A stretch of 64,000 bases of DNA from Eledone cirrhosa (taxonomy: Eukaryota): the NCBI GenBank assembly GCA_964016885.1, contig OZ024758.1, forward strand, positions 35,030,001 to 35,094,000. The letters run 5' to 3'. A program made the translations under genes and the position numbers. This document shows, one piece after another, positions 1 through 12,430 of this stretch; the stretch's first letter is position 1, and each line of letters starts with the position of its first letter. Below the pieces are notes generated by a model that worked only from the letters and a program-made list of their open reading frames with translations, was not told the DNA's origin and ran no database searches.

Positions 1-3000
1 AGAAGTAACTCCACTGTTGGTGAGAATTCATTTAAGTTCATGGTACTAGCTGTCAGAAGTAACTCCACTGTTGGTGAGAATTAATTTAAGTTCATGGTAT
101 TAGCTGTCAGAAGTAACTCCACTGTTGGTGAGAATTCATTTAAGTCATGGTATTAGCTGTCAGAAGTAACTCCATTGTTGGTGAGAATTCATTTAAGTCA
201 TGGTACTAGCTGTCAGAAGTAACTCCACTGTTGGTGAGAATTCATTTAAGTTCATGGTATTAGCTGTCAGAAGGAACTCCACTGTTGGTGAGAATTCATT
301 TAAGTTCATGGTACTAGCTGTCAGAAGGAATCCACTGTTGGTGAGAATTCATTTATGTTCATGGTATTAGCTGTCAGAAGTAACTCCAATGTTGGTGAGA
401 ATTCATTTAAGTCATGGTACTAGCTGTCAGAAGTAACTCCACTGTTGGTGAGAATTCATATAAGTTCATGGTATTAGCTGTCAGAAGGAACTCCACAGTT
501 GGTGAGAATTCATTTAAGTTCATGGTATTAGCTGTCAGAAGTAACTCCAATGTTGGTGAGAATTCATTTAAGTTCATGGTATTAGCTGTCAGAAGTAACT
601 CCACTGTTGGTGAGAATTCATTTAAGTTCATGGTATTAGCTGTCAGAAGTAACTCCACTGTTGGTGAGAATTCATTTAAGTTCATGGTACTAGCTGTCAG
701 AAGTAACTCCACTGTTGGTGAGAATTCATTTAAGTTCATGGTACTAGCTGTCAGAAGTAACCCCAATGTTGGTGAGAATTCATTTAAGTTCATAGTATTA
801 GCTGTCAGAAGTCACTCCACTGTTGGTGAGAATTCATTTAAGTTCATGGTACTAGCTGTCAGAAGTAACTCCACTGTTGGTGAGAATTCATTTAAGTTCA
901 TGGTACTAGCTGTCAGAAGTAACTCAACTGTTGGTGAGAATTCATTTAAGTTCACGGTACTAGCTGTCAGAAGTAACCCCAATGTTGGTGAGAATTCATT
1001 TAAGTTCATGGTATTAGCTGTCAGAAGTAACTCCACTGTTGGTGAGAATTCATTTAAGTTCATGGTATTAGCTGTCAGAAGTAACTCCACTGTTGGTGAG
1101 AATTCATTTAAGTTCATGGTACTAGCTGTCAGAAGTAACTCCACTGTTGGTGAGAATTCATTTAAGTTCATGGTACTAGCTGTCAGAAGTAACTCCATTG
1201 TTGGTGAGAATTCATTTAAGTCATGGTACTAGCTGTCAGAAGTAACTCCACTGTTGGTGAGAATTCATTTAAGTTCATGGTATTAGCTGTCAGAAGGAAC
1301 TCCACTGTTGGTGAGAATTCATTTAAGTTCATGGTATTAGCTGTCAGAAGTAACTCCACTGTTGGTGAGAATTCATTTAAGTTCATGGTACTAGCTGTCA
1401 GAAGGAATCCACTGTTGGTGAGAATTCATTTAAGTTCATGGTATTAGCTGTCAGAAGTAACTCCAATGTTGGTGAGAATTCATTTAAGTCATGGTACTAG
1501 CTGTCAGAAGTAACTCCACTGTTGGTGAGAATTCATATAAGTTCATGGTATTAGCTGTCAGAAGGAACTCCACAGTTGGTGAGAATTCATTTAAGTTCAT
1601 GGTATTAGCTGTCAGAAGTCACTCCACTGTTGGTGAGAATTCATTTAAGTTCATGGTACTAGCTGTCAGAAGTAACTCCACTGTTGGTGAGAATTCATTT
1701 AAGTTCATGGTACTAGCTGTCAGAAGTAACTCAACTGTTGGTGAGAATTCATTTAAGTTCATGGTACTAGCTGTCAGAAGGAATCCACTGTTGGTGAGAA
1801 TTCATTTAAGTTCATGGTATTAGCTGTCAGAAGTAACTCCAATGTTGGTGAGAATTCATTTAAGTCATGGTACTAGCAGTCAGAAGTAACTCCACTGTTG
1901 GTGAGAATTCATATAAGTTCATGGTATTAGCTGTCAGAAGGAACTCCACAGTTGGTGAGAATTCATTTACGTTCATGGTATTAGCTGTCAGAAGTCACTC
2001 CACTGTTGGTGAGAATTCATTTAAGTTCATGGTACTAGCTGTCAGAAGTAACTCCACTGTTGGTGAGAATTCATTTAAGTTCATGGTATTAGCTGTCAGA
2101 AGTAACTCCACTGTTGGTGAGAATTCATTTAAGTTCATGGTATTAGCTGTCAGAAGTAACTCCACTGTTGGTGAGAATTCATTTAAGTTCATGGTATTAG
2201 CTGTCAGAAGTAACTCCACTGTTGGTGAGAATTCATTTAAGTTCATGGTACTAGCTGTCAGAAGTAACTCCACTGTTGGTGAGAATTAATTTAAGTTCAT
2301 GGTATTAGCTGTCAGAAGTAACTCCACTGTTGGTGAGAATTCATTTAAGTCATGGTATTAGCTGTCAGAAGTAACTCCATTGTTGGTGAGAATTCATTTA
2401 AGTCATGGTACTAGCTGTCAGAAGTAACTCCACTGTTGGTGAGAATTCATTTAAGTTCATGGTATTAGCTGTCAGAAGGAACTCCACTGTTGGTGAGAAT
2501 TCATTTAAGTTCATGGTACTAGCTGTCAGAAGGAATCCACTGTTGGTGAGAATTCATTTATGTTCATGGTATTAGCTGTCAGAAGTAACTCCAATGTTGG
2601 TGAGAATTCATTTAAGTCATGGTACTAGCTGTCAGAAGTAACTCCACTGTTGGTGAGAATTCATATAAGTTCATGGTATTAGCTGTCAGAAGGAACTCCA
2701 CAGTTGGTGAGAATTCATTTAAGTTCATGGTATTAGCTGTCAGAAGTAACTCCAATGTTGGTGAGAATTCATTTAAGTTCATGGTATTAGCTGTCAGAAG
2801 TAACTCCACTGTTGGTGAGAATTCATTTAAGTTCATGGTATTAGCTGTCAGAAGTAACTCCACTGTTGGTGAGAATTCATTTAAGTTCATGGTACTAGCT
2901 GTCAGAAGTAACTCCACTGTTGGTGAGAATTCATTTAAGTTCATGGTACTAGCTGTCAGAAGTAACCCCAATGTTGGTGAGAATTCATTTAAGTTCATAG

Positions 3001-4360
3001 TATTAGCTGTCAGAAGTCACTCCACTGTTGGTGAGAATTCATTTAAGTTCATGGTACTAGCTGTCAGAAGTAACTCCACTGTTGGTGAGAATTCATTTAA
3101 GTTCATGGTACTAGCTGTCAGAAGTAACTCAACTGTTGGTGAGAATTCATTTAAGTTCACGGTACTAGCTGTCAGAAGTAACCCCAATGTTGGTGAGAAT
3201 TCATTTAAGTTCATGGTATTAGCTGTCAGAAGTAACTCCACTGTTGGTGAGAATTCATTTAAGTTCATGGTATTAGCTGTCAGAAGTAACTCCACTGTTG
3301 GTGAGAATTCATTTAAGTTCATGGTACTAGCTGTCAGAAGTAACTCCACTGTTGGTGAGAATTCATTTAAGTTCATGGTACTAGCTGTCAGAAGTAACTC
3401 CATTGTTGGTGAGAATTCATTTAAGTCATGGTACTAGCTGTCAGAAGTAACTCCACTGTTGGTGAGAATTCATTTAAGTTCATGGTATTAGCTGTCAGAA
3501 GGAACTCCACTGTTGGTGAGAATTCATTTAAGTTCATGGTATTAGCTGTCAGAAGTAACTCCACTGTTGGTGAGAATTCATTTAAGTTCATGGTACTAGC
3601 TGTCAGAAGGAATCCACTGTTGGTGAGAATTCATTTAAGTTCATGGTATTAGCTGTCAGAAGTAACTCCAATGTTGGTGAGAATTCATTTAAGTCATGGT
3701 ACTAGCTGTCAGAAGTAACTCCACTGTTGGTGAGAATTCATATAAGTTCATGGTATTAGCTGTCAGAAGGAACTCCACAGTTGGTGAGAATTCATTTAAG
3801 TTCATGGTATTAGCTGTCAGAAGTCACTCCACTGTTGGTGAGAATTCATTTAAGTTCATGGTACTAGCTGTCAGAAGTAACTCCACTGTTGGTGAGAATT
3901 CATTTAAGTTCATGGTACTAGCTGTCAGAAGTAACTCAACTGTTGGTGAGAATTCATTTAAGTTCATGGTACTAGCTGTCAGAAGGAATCCACTGTTGGT
4001 GAGAATTCATTTAAGTTCATGGTATTAGCTGTCAGAAGTAACTCCAATGTTGGTGAGAATTCATTTAAGTCATGGTACTAGCAGTCAGAAGTAACTCCAC
4101 TGTTGGTGAGAATTCATATAAGTTCATGGTATTAGCTGTCAGAAGGAACTCCACAGTTGGTGAGAATTCATTTACGTTCATGGTATTAGCTGTCAGAAGT
4201 CACTCCACTGTTGGTGAGAATTCATTTAAGTTCATGGTACTAGCTGTCAGAAGTAACTCCACTGTTGGTGAGAATTCATTTAAGTTCATGGTATTAGCTG
4301 TCAGAAGTAACTCCACTGTTGGTGAGAATTCATTTAAGTTCATGGTATTAGCTGTCAGAA
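1..4360. repeat. Tandem duplication / higher-order repeat, period 2205 bp (41 monomers)
   Basis: Markers recur at +2205: AATTAATT 83/2288, TTCACGG 955/3160, TTTACG 1970/4175, and ORFs 414/2619, 1223/3428, 1491/3696. The period equals 41x54 minus 9 counted 1-bp deletions. Confidence 0.92.
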
Positions 4361-7300
4361 GGAACTCCACTGTTGGTGAGAATTCATTTAAGTTCATGGT
4401 ATTAGCTGTCAGAAGTAACTCCACTGTTGGTGAGAATTCATTTAAGTTCATGGTACTAGCTGTCAGAAGTAACTCCACTGTTGGTGAGAATCCATTTAAG
4501 TTCATGGTATTAGCTGTCAGAAGTAACTCCACTGTTCGTGAGAATTCATTTAAGTCATGGTATTAGCTGTCAGAAGTAACTCCATTGTTGGTGAGAATTC
4601 ATTTAAGTCATGGTACTAGCTGTCAGAAGTAACTCCACTGTTGGTGAGAATTCATTTAAGTTCATGGTATTAGCTGTCAGAAGGAACTCCACTGTTGGTG
4701 AGAATTCATTTAAGTTCATGGTATTAGCTGTCAGAAGTAACTCCACTGTTGGTGAGAATTCATTTAAGTTCATGGTACTAGCTGTCAGAAGTAACTCCAC
4801 TGTTGGTGAGAATTCATTTAAGTTCATGGTACTAGCTGTCAGAAGGAATCCACTGTTGGTGAGAATTCATTTAAGTTCATGGTATTAGCTGTCAGAAGTA
4901 ACTCCAATGTTGGTGAGAATTCATTTAAGTCATGGTACTAGCAGTCAGAAGTAACTCCACTGTTGGTGAGAATTCATATAAGTTCATGGTATTAGCTGTC
5001 AGAAGGAACTCCACAGTTGGTGAGAATTCATTTAAGTTCATGGTATTAGCTGTCAGAAGTCACTCCACTGTTGGTGAGAATTCATTTAAGTTCATAGTAC
5101 TAGCTGTCAGAAGTAAATCCACTGTTGGTGAGAATTCATTTAAGTTCATGGTATTAGCTGTCAGAAGTAACTCCACTGTTGGTGAGAATTCATTTAAGTT
5201 CATGGTATTAGCTGTCAGAAGTAACTCCACTGTTGGTGAGAATTCATTTAAGTTCATGGTATTAGCTGTCAGAAGTAACTCCACTGTTGGTGAGAATTCA
5301 TTTAAGTTCATGGTACTAGCTGTCAGAAGTAACTCCACTGTTGGTGAGAATTAATTTAAGTTCATGGTATTAGCTGTCAGAAGTAACTCCACTGTTGGTG
5401 AGAATTCATTTAAGTCATGGTATTAGCTGTCAGAAGTAACTCCATTGTTGGTGAGAATTCATTTAAGTCATGGTACTAGCTGTCAGAAGTAACTCCACTG
5501 TTGGTGAGAATTCATTTAAGTTCATGGTATTAGCTGTCAGAAGGAACTCCACTGTTGGTGAGAATTCATTTAAGTTCATGGTACTAGCTGTCAGAAGGAA
5601 TCCACTGTTGGTGAGAATTCATTTATGTTCATGGTATTAGCTGTCAGAAGTAACTCCAATGTTGGTGAGAATTCATTTAAGTCATGGTACTAGCTGTCAG
5701 AAGTAACTCCACTGTTGGTGAGAATTCATATAAGTTCATGGTATTAGCTGTCAGAAGGAACTCCACAGTTGGTGAGAATTCATTTAAGTTCATGGTATTA
5801 GCTGTCAGAAGTAACTCCAATGTTGGTGAGAATTCATTTAAGTTCATGGTATTAGCTGTCAGAAGTAACTCCACTGTTGGTGAGAATTCATTTAAGTTCA
5901 TGGTATTAGCTGTCAGAAGTAACTCCACTGTTGGTGAGAATTCATTTAAGTTCATGGTACTAGCTGTCAGAAGTAACTCCACTGTTGGTGAGAATTCATT
6001 TAAGTTCATGGTACTAGCTGTCAGAAGTAACCCCAATGTTGGTGAGAATTCATTTAAGTTCATAGTATTAGCTGTCAGAAGTCACTCCACTGTTGGTGAG
6101 AATTCATTTAAGTTCATGGTACTAGCTGTCAGAAGTAACTCCACTGTTGGTGAGAATTCATTTAAGTTCATGGTACTAGCTGTCAGAAGTAACTCAACTG
6201 TTGGTGAGAATTCATTTAAGTTCATGGTACTAGCTGTCAGAAGTAACCCCAATGTTGGTGAGAATTCATTTAAGTTCATGGTATTAGCTGTCAGAAGTAA
6301 CTCCACTGTTGGTGAGAATTCATTTAAGTTCATGGTATTAGCTGTCAGAAGTAACTCCACTGTTGGTGAGAATTCATTTAAGTTCATGGTACTAGCTGTC
6401 AGAAGTAACTCCACTGTTGGTGAGAATTCATTTAAGTTCATGGTACTAGCTGTCAGAAGTAACTCCATTGTTGGTGAGAATTCATTTAAGTCATGGTACT
6501 AGCTGTCAGAAGTAACTCCACTGTTGGTGAGAATTCATTTAAGTTCATGGTATTAGCTGTCAGAAGGAACTCCACTGTTGGTGAGAATTCATTTAAGTTC
6601 ATGGTATTAGCTGTCAGAAGTAACTCCACTGTTGGTGAGAATTCATTTAAGTTCATGGTACTAGCTGTCAGAAGGAATCCACTGTTGGTGAGAATTCATT
6701 TAAGTTCATGGTATTAGCTGTCAGAAGTAACTCCAATGTTGGTGAGAATTCATTTAAGTCATGGTACTAGCTGTCAGAAGTAACTCCACTGTTGGTGAGA
6801 ATTCATATAAGTTCATGGTATTAGCTGTCAGAAGGAACTCCACAGTTGGTGAGAATTCATTTAAGTTCATGGTATTAGCTGTCAGAAGTCACTCCACTGT
6901 TGGTGAGAATTCATTTAAGTTCATGGTACTAGCTGTCAGAAGTAACTCCACTGTTGGTGAGAATTCATTTAAGTTCATGGTACTAGCTGTCAGAAGTAAC
7001 TCAACTGTTGGTGAGAATTCATTTAAGTTCATGGTACTAGCTGTCAGAAGGAATCCACTGTTGGTGAGAATTCATTTAAGTTCATGGTATTAGCTGTCAG
7101 AAGTAACTCCAATGTTGGTGAGAATTCATTTAAGTCATGGTACTAGCAGTCAGAAGTAACTCCACTGTTGGTGAGAATTCATATAAGTTCATGGTATTAG
7201 CTGTCAGAAGGAACTCCACAGTTGGTGAGAATTCATTTAAGTTCATGGTATTAGCTGTCAGAAGTCACTCCACTGTTGGTGAGAATTCATTTAAGTTCAT

Positions 7301-10300
7301 GGTACTAGCTGTCAGAAGTAACTCCACTGTTGGTGAGAATTCATTTAAGTTCATGGTATTAGCTGTCAGAAGTAACTCCACTGTTGGTGAGAATTCATTT
7401 AAGTTCATGGTACTAGCTGTCAGAAGTAACTCCACTGTTGGTGAGAATTCATTTAAGTCATGGTATTAGCTGTCAGAAGTAACTCCATTGTTGGTGAGAA
7501 TTCATTTAAGTCATGGTACTAGCTGTCAGAAGTAACTCCACTGTTGGTGAGAATTCATTTAAGTTCATGGTATTAGCTGTCAGAAGGAACTCCACTGTTG
7601 GTGAGAATTCATTTAAGTTCATGGTACTAGCTGTCAGAAGGAATCCACTGTTGGTGAGAATTCATTTATGTTCATGGTATTAGCTGTCAGAAGTAACTCC
7701 AATGTTGGTGAGAATTCATTTAAGTCATGGTACTAGCTGTCAGAAGTAACTCCACTGTTGGTGAGAATTCATATAAGTTCATGGTATTAGCTGTCAGAAG
7801 GAACTCCACAGTTGGTGAGAATTCATTTAAGTTCATGGTATTAGCTGTCAGAAGTAACTCCAATGTTGGTGAGAATTCATTTAAGTTCATGGTATTAGCT
7901 GTCAGAAGTAACTCCACTGTTGGTGAGAATTCATTTAAGTTCATGGTATTAGCTGTCAGAAGTAACTCCACTGTTGGTGAGAATTCATTTAAGTTCATGG
8001 TACTAGCTGTCAGAAGTAACTCCACTGTTGGTGAGAATTCATTTAAGTTCATGGTACTAGCTGTCAGAAGTAACCCCAATGTTGGTGAGAATTCATTTAA
8101 GTTCATAGTATTAGCTGTCAGAAGTCACTCCACTGTTGGTGAGAATTCATTTAAGTTCATGGTACTAGCTGTCAGAAGTAACTCCACTGTTGGTGAGAAT
8201 TCATTTAAGTTCATGGTACTAGCTGTCAGAAGTAACTCCACTGTTGGTGAGAATTCATATAAGTTCATGGTATTAGCTGTCAGAAGGAACTCCACAGTTG
8301 GTGAGAATTCATTTAAGTTCATGGTATTAGCTGTCAGAAGTCACTCCACTGTTGGTGAGAATTCATTTACGTTCATGGTATTAGCTGTCAGAAGTCACTC
8401 CACTGTTGGTGAGAATTCATTTAAGTTCATGGTACTAGCTGTCAGAAGTAACTCCACTGTTGGTGAGAATTCATTTAAGTTCATGGTATTAGCTGTCAGA
8501 AGTAACTCCACTGTTGGTGAGAATTCATTTAAGTTCATGGTATTAGCTGTCAGAAGGAACTCCACTGTTGGTGAGAATTCATTTAAGTTCATGGTATTAG
8601 CTGTCAGAAGTAACTCCACTGTTGGTGAGAATTCATTTAAGTTCATGGTACTAGCTGTCAGAAGTAACTCCACTGTTGGTGAGAATCCATTTAAGTTCAT
8701 GGTATTAGCTGTCAGAAGTAACTCCACTGTTCGTGAGAATTCATTTAAGTCATGGTATTAGCTGTCAGAAGTAACTCCATTGTTGGTGAGAATTCATTTA
8801 AGTCATGGTACTAGCTGTCAGAAGTAACTCCACTGTTGGTGAGAATTCATTTAAGTTCATGGTATTAGCTGTCAGAAGGAACTCCACTGTTGGTGAGAAT
8901 TCATTTAAGTTCATGGTATTAGCTGTCAGAAGTAACTCCACTGTTGGTGAGAATTCATTTAAGTTCATGGTACTAGCTGTCAGAAGTAACTCCACTGTTG
9001 GTGAGAATTCATTTAAGTTCATGGTACTAGCTGTCAGAAGGAATCCACTGTTGGTGAGAATTCATTTAAGTTCATGGTATTAGCTGTCAGAAGTAACTCC
9101 AATGTTGGTGAGAATTCATTTAAGTCATGGTACTAGCAGTCAGAAGTAACTCCACTGTTGGTGAGAATTCATATAAGTTCATGGTATTAGCTGTCAGAAG
9201 GAACTCCACAGTTGGTGAGAATTCATTTAAGTTCATGGTATTAGCTGTCAGAAGTCACTCCACTGTTGGTGAGAATTCATTTAAGTTCATAGTACTAGCT
9301 GTCAGAAGTAAATCCACTGTTGGTGAGAATTCATTTAAGTTCATGGTATTAGCTGTCAGAAGTAACTCCACTGTTGGTGAGAATTCATTTAAGTTCATGG
9401 TATTAGCTGTCAGAAGTAACTCCACTGTTGGTGAGAATTCATTTAAGTTCATGGTATTAGCTGTCAGAAGTAACTCCACTGTTGGTGAGAATTCATTTAA
9501 GTTCATGGTACTAGCTGTCAGAAGTAACTCCACTGTTGGTGAGAATTAATTTAAGTTCATGGTATTAGCTGTCAGAAGTAACTCCACTGTTGGTGAGAAT
9601 TCATTTAAGTCATGGTATTAGCTGTCAGAAGTAACTCCATTGTTGGTGAGAATTCATTTAAGTCATGGTACTAGCTGTCAGAAGTAACTCCACTGTTGGT
9701 GAGAATTCATTTAAGTTCATGGTATTAGCTGTCAGAAGGAACTCCACTGTTGGTGAGAATTCATTTAAGTTCATGGTACTAGCTGTCAGAAGGAATCCAC
9801 TGTTGGTGAGAATTCATTTATGTTCATGGTATTAGCTGTCAGAAGTAACTCCAATGTTGGTGAGAATTCATTTAAGTCATGGTACTAGCTGTCAGAAGTA
9901 ACTCCACTGTTGGTGAGAATTCATATAAGTTCATGGTATTAGCTGTCAGAAGGAACTCCACAGTTGGTGAGAATTCATTTAAGTTCATGGTATTAGCTGT
10001 CAGAAGTAACTCCAATGTTGGTGAGAATTCATTTAAGTTCATGGTATTAGCTGTCAGAAGTAACTCCACTGTTGGTGAGAATTCATTTAAGTTCATGGTA
10101 TTAGCTGTCAGAAGTAACTCCACTGTTGGTGAGAATTCATTTAAGTTCATGGTACTAGCTGTCAGAAGTAACTCCACTGTTGGTGAGAATTCATTTAAGT
10201 TCATGGTACTAGCTGTCAGAAGTAACCCCAATGTTGGTGAGAATTCATTTAAGTTCATAGTATTAGCTGTCAGAAGTCACTCCACTGTTGGTGAGAATTC

Positions 10301-12430
10301 ATTTAAGTTCATGGTACTAGCTGTCAGAAGTAACTCCACTGTTGGTGAGAATTCATTTAAGTTCATGGTACTAGCTGTCAGAAGTAACTCAACTGTTGGT
10401 GAGAATTCATTTAAGTTCATGGTACTAGCTGTCAGAAGTAACCCCAATGTTGGTGAGAATTCATTTAAGTTCATGGTATTAGCTGTCAGAAGTAACTCCA
10501 CTGTTGGTGAGAATTCATTTAAGTTCATGGTATTAGCTGTCAGAAGTAACTCCACTGTTGGTGAGAATTCATTTAAGTTCATGGTACTAGCTGTCAGAAG
10601 TAACTCCACTGTTGGTGAGAATTCATTTAAGTTCATGGTACTAGCTGTCAGAAGTAACTCCATTGTTGGTGAGAATTCATTTAAGTCATGGTACTAGCTG
10701 TCAGAAGTAACTCCACTGTTGGTGAGAATTCATTTAAGTTCATGGTATTAGCTGTCAGAAGGAACTCCACTGTTGGTGAGAATTCATTTAAGTTCATGGT
10801 ATTAGCTGTCAGAAGTAACTCCACTGTTGGTGAGAATTCATTTAAGTTCATGGTACTAGCTGTCAGAAGGAATCCACTGTTGGTGAGAATTCATTTAAGT
10901 TCATGGTATTAGCTGTCAGAAGTAACTCCAATGTTGGTGAGAATTCATTTAAGTCATGGTACTAGCTGTCAGAAGTAACTCCACTGTTGGTGAGAATTCA
11001 TATAAGTTCATGGTATTAGCTGTCAGAAGGAACTCCACAGTTGGTGAGAATTCATTTAAGTTCATGGTATTAGCTGTCAGAAGTCACTCCACTGTTGGTG
11101 AGAATTCATTTAAGTTCATGGTACTAGCTGTCAGAAGTAACTCCACTGTTGGTGAGAATTCATTTAAGTTCATGGTACTAGCTGTCAGAAGTAACTCAAC
11201 TGTTGGTGAGAATTCATTTAAGTTCATGGTACTAGCTGTCAGAAGGAATCCACTGTTGGTGAGAATTCATTTAAGTTCATGGTATTAGCTGTCAGAAGTA
11301 ACTCCAATGTTGGTGAGAATTCATTTAAGTCATGGTACTAGCAGTCAGAAGTAACTCCACTGTTGGTGAGAATTCATATAAGTTCATGGTATTAGCTGTC
11401 AGAAGGAACTCCACAGTTGGTGAGAATTCATTTAAGTTCATGGTATTAGCTGTCAGAAGTCACTCCACTGTTGGTGAGAATTCATTTAAGTTCATGGTAC
11501 TAGCTGTCAGAAGTAACTCCACTGTTGGTGAGAATTCATTTAAGTTCATGGTATTAGCTGTCAGAAGTAACTCCACTGTTGGTGAGAATTCATTTAAGTT
11601 CATGGTACTAGCTGTCAGAAGTAACTCCACTGTTGGTGAGAATTCATTTAAGTCATGGTATTAGCTGTCAGAAGTAACTCCATTGTTGGTGAGAATTCAT
11701 TTAAGTCATGGTACTAGCTGTCAGAAGTAACTCCACTGTTGGTGAGAATTCATTTAAGTTCATGGTATTAGCTGTCAGAAGGAACTCCACTGTTGGTGAG
11801 AATTCATTTAAGTTCATGGTACTAGCTGTCAGAAGGAATCCACTGTTGGTGAGAATTCATTTATGTTCATGGTATTAGCTGTCAGAAGTAACTCCAATGT
11901 TGGTGAGAATTCATTTAAGTCATGGTACTAGCTGTCAGAAGTAACTCCACTGTTGGTGAGAATTCATATAAGTTCATGGTATTAGCTGTCAGAAGGAACT
12001 CCACAGTTGGTGAGAATTCATTTAAGTTCATGGTATTAGCTGTCAGAAGTAACTCCAATGTTGGTGAGAATTCATTTAAGTTCATGGTATTAGCTGTCAG
12101 AAGTAACTCCACTGTTGGTGAGAATTCATTTAAGTTCATGGTATTAGCTGTCAGAAGTAACTCCACTGTTGGTGAGAATTCATTTAAGTTCATGGTACTA
12201 GCTGTCAGAAGTAACTCCACTGTTGGTGAGAATTCATTTAAGTTCATGGTACTAGCTGTCAGAAGTAACCCCAATGTTGGTGAGAATTCATTTAAGTTCA
12301 TAGTATTAGCTGTCAGAAGTCACTCCACTGTTGGTGAGAATTCATTTAAGTTCATGGTACTAGCTGTCAGAAGTAACTCCACTGTTGGTGAGAATTCATT
12401 TAAGTTCATGGTACTAGCTGTCAGAAGTAA
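4157..12430. repeat. Block duplication, offset 4195 bp (78 monomers), with internal 2043-bp (38-monomer) units
   Basis: TTTACG lies at 4175/8370. GAATCCATT, GTTCGTG and GTAAATCC each occur once per copy at +4195. ORF pairs 4610/8805, 4932/9127, 5684/9879 and 7137/11332 share this offset, while 5684->7727 and 9879->11922 are 2043 apart. Confidence 0.9.

Noticed and set aside
13-30. CENP-B box (YTTCGTTGGAARCGGGA) suggested by CTGTTGGTGAGAA
   Set aside because: Only GTTGG is shared. The essential TTCG and CGGG cores are absent.
25-47. Nuclear-receptor elements: AATTCA-N4-AGTTCA (DR4-like) and AGTTCA-T-GGTACT (IR1-like)
   Set aside because: Only one good half-site is present and the partners are degenerate. 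Such matches are expected by chance and cannot be supported without binding data.
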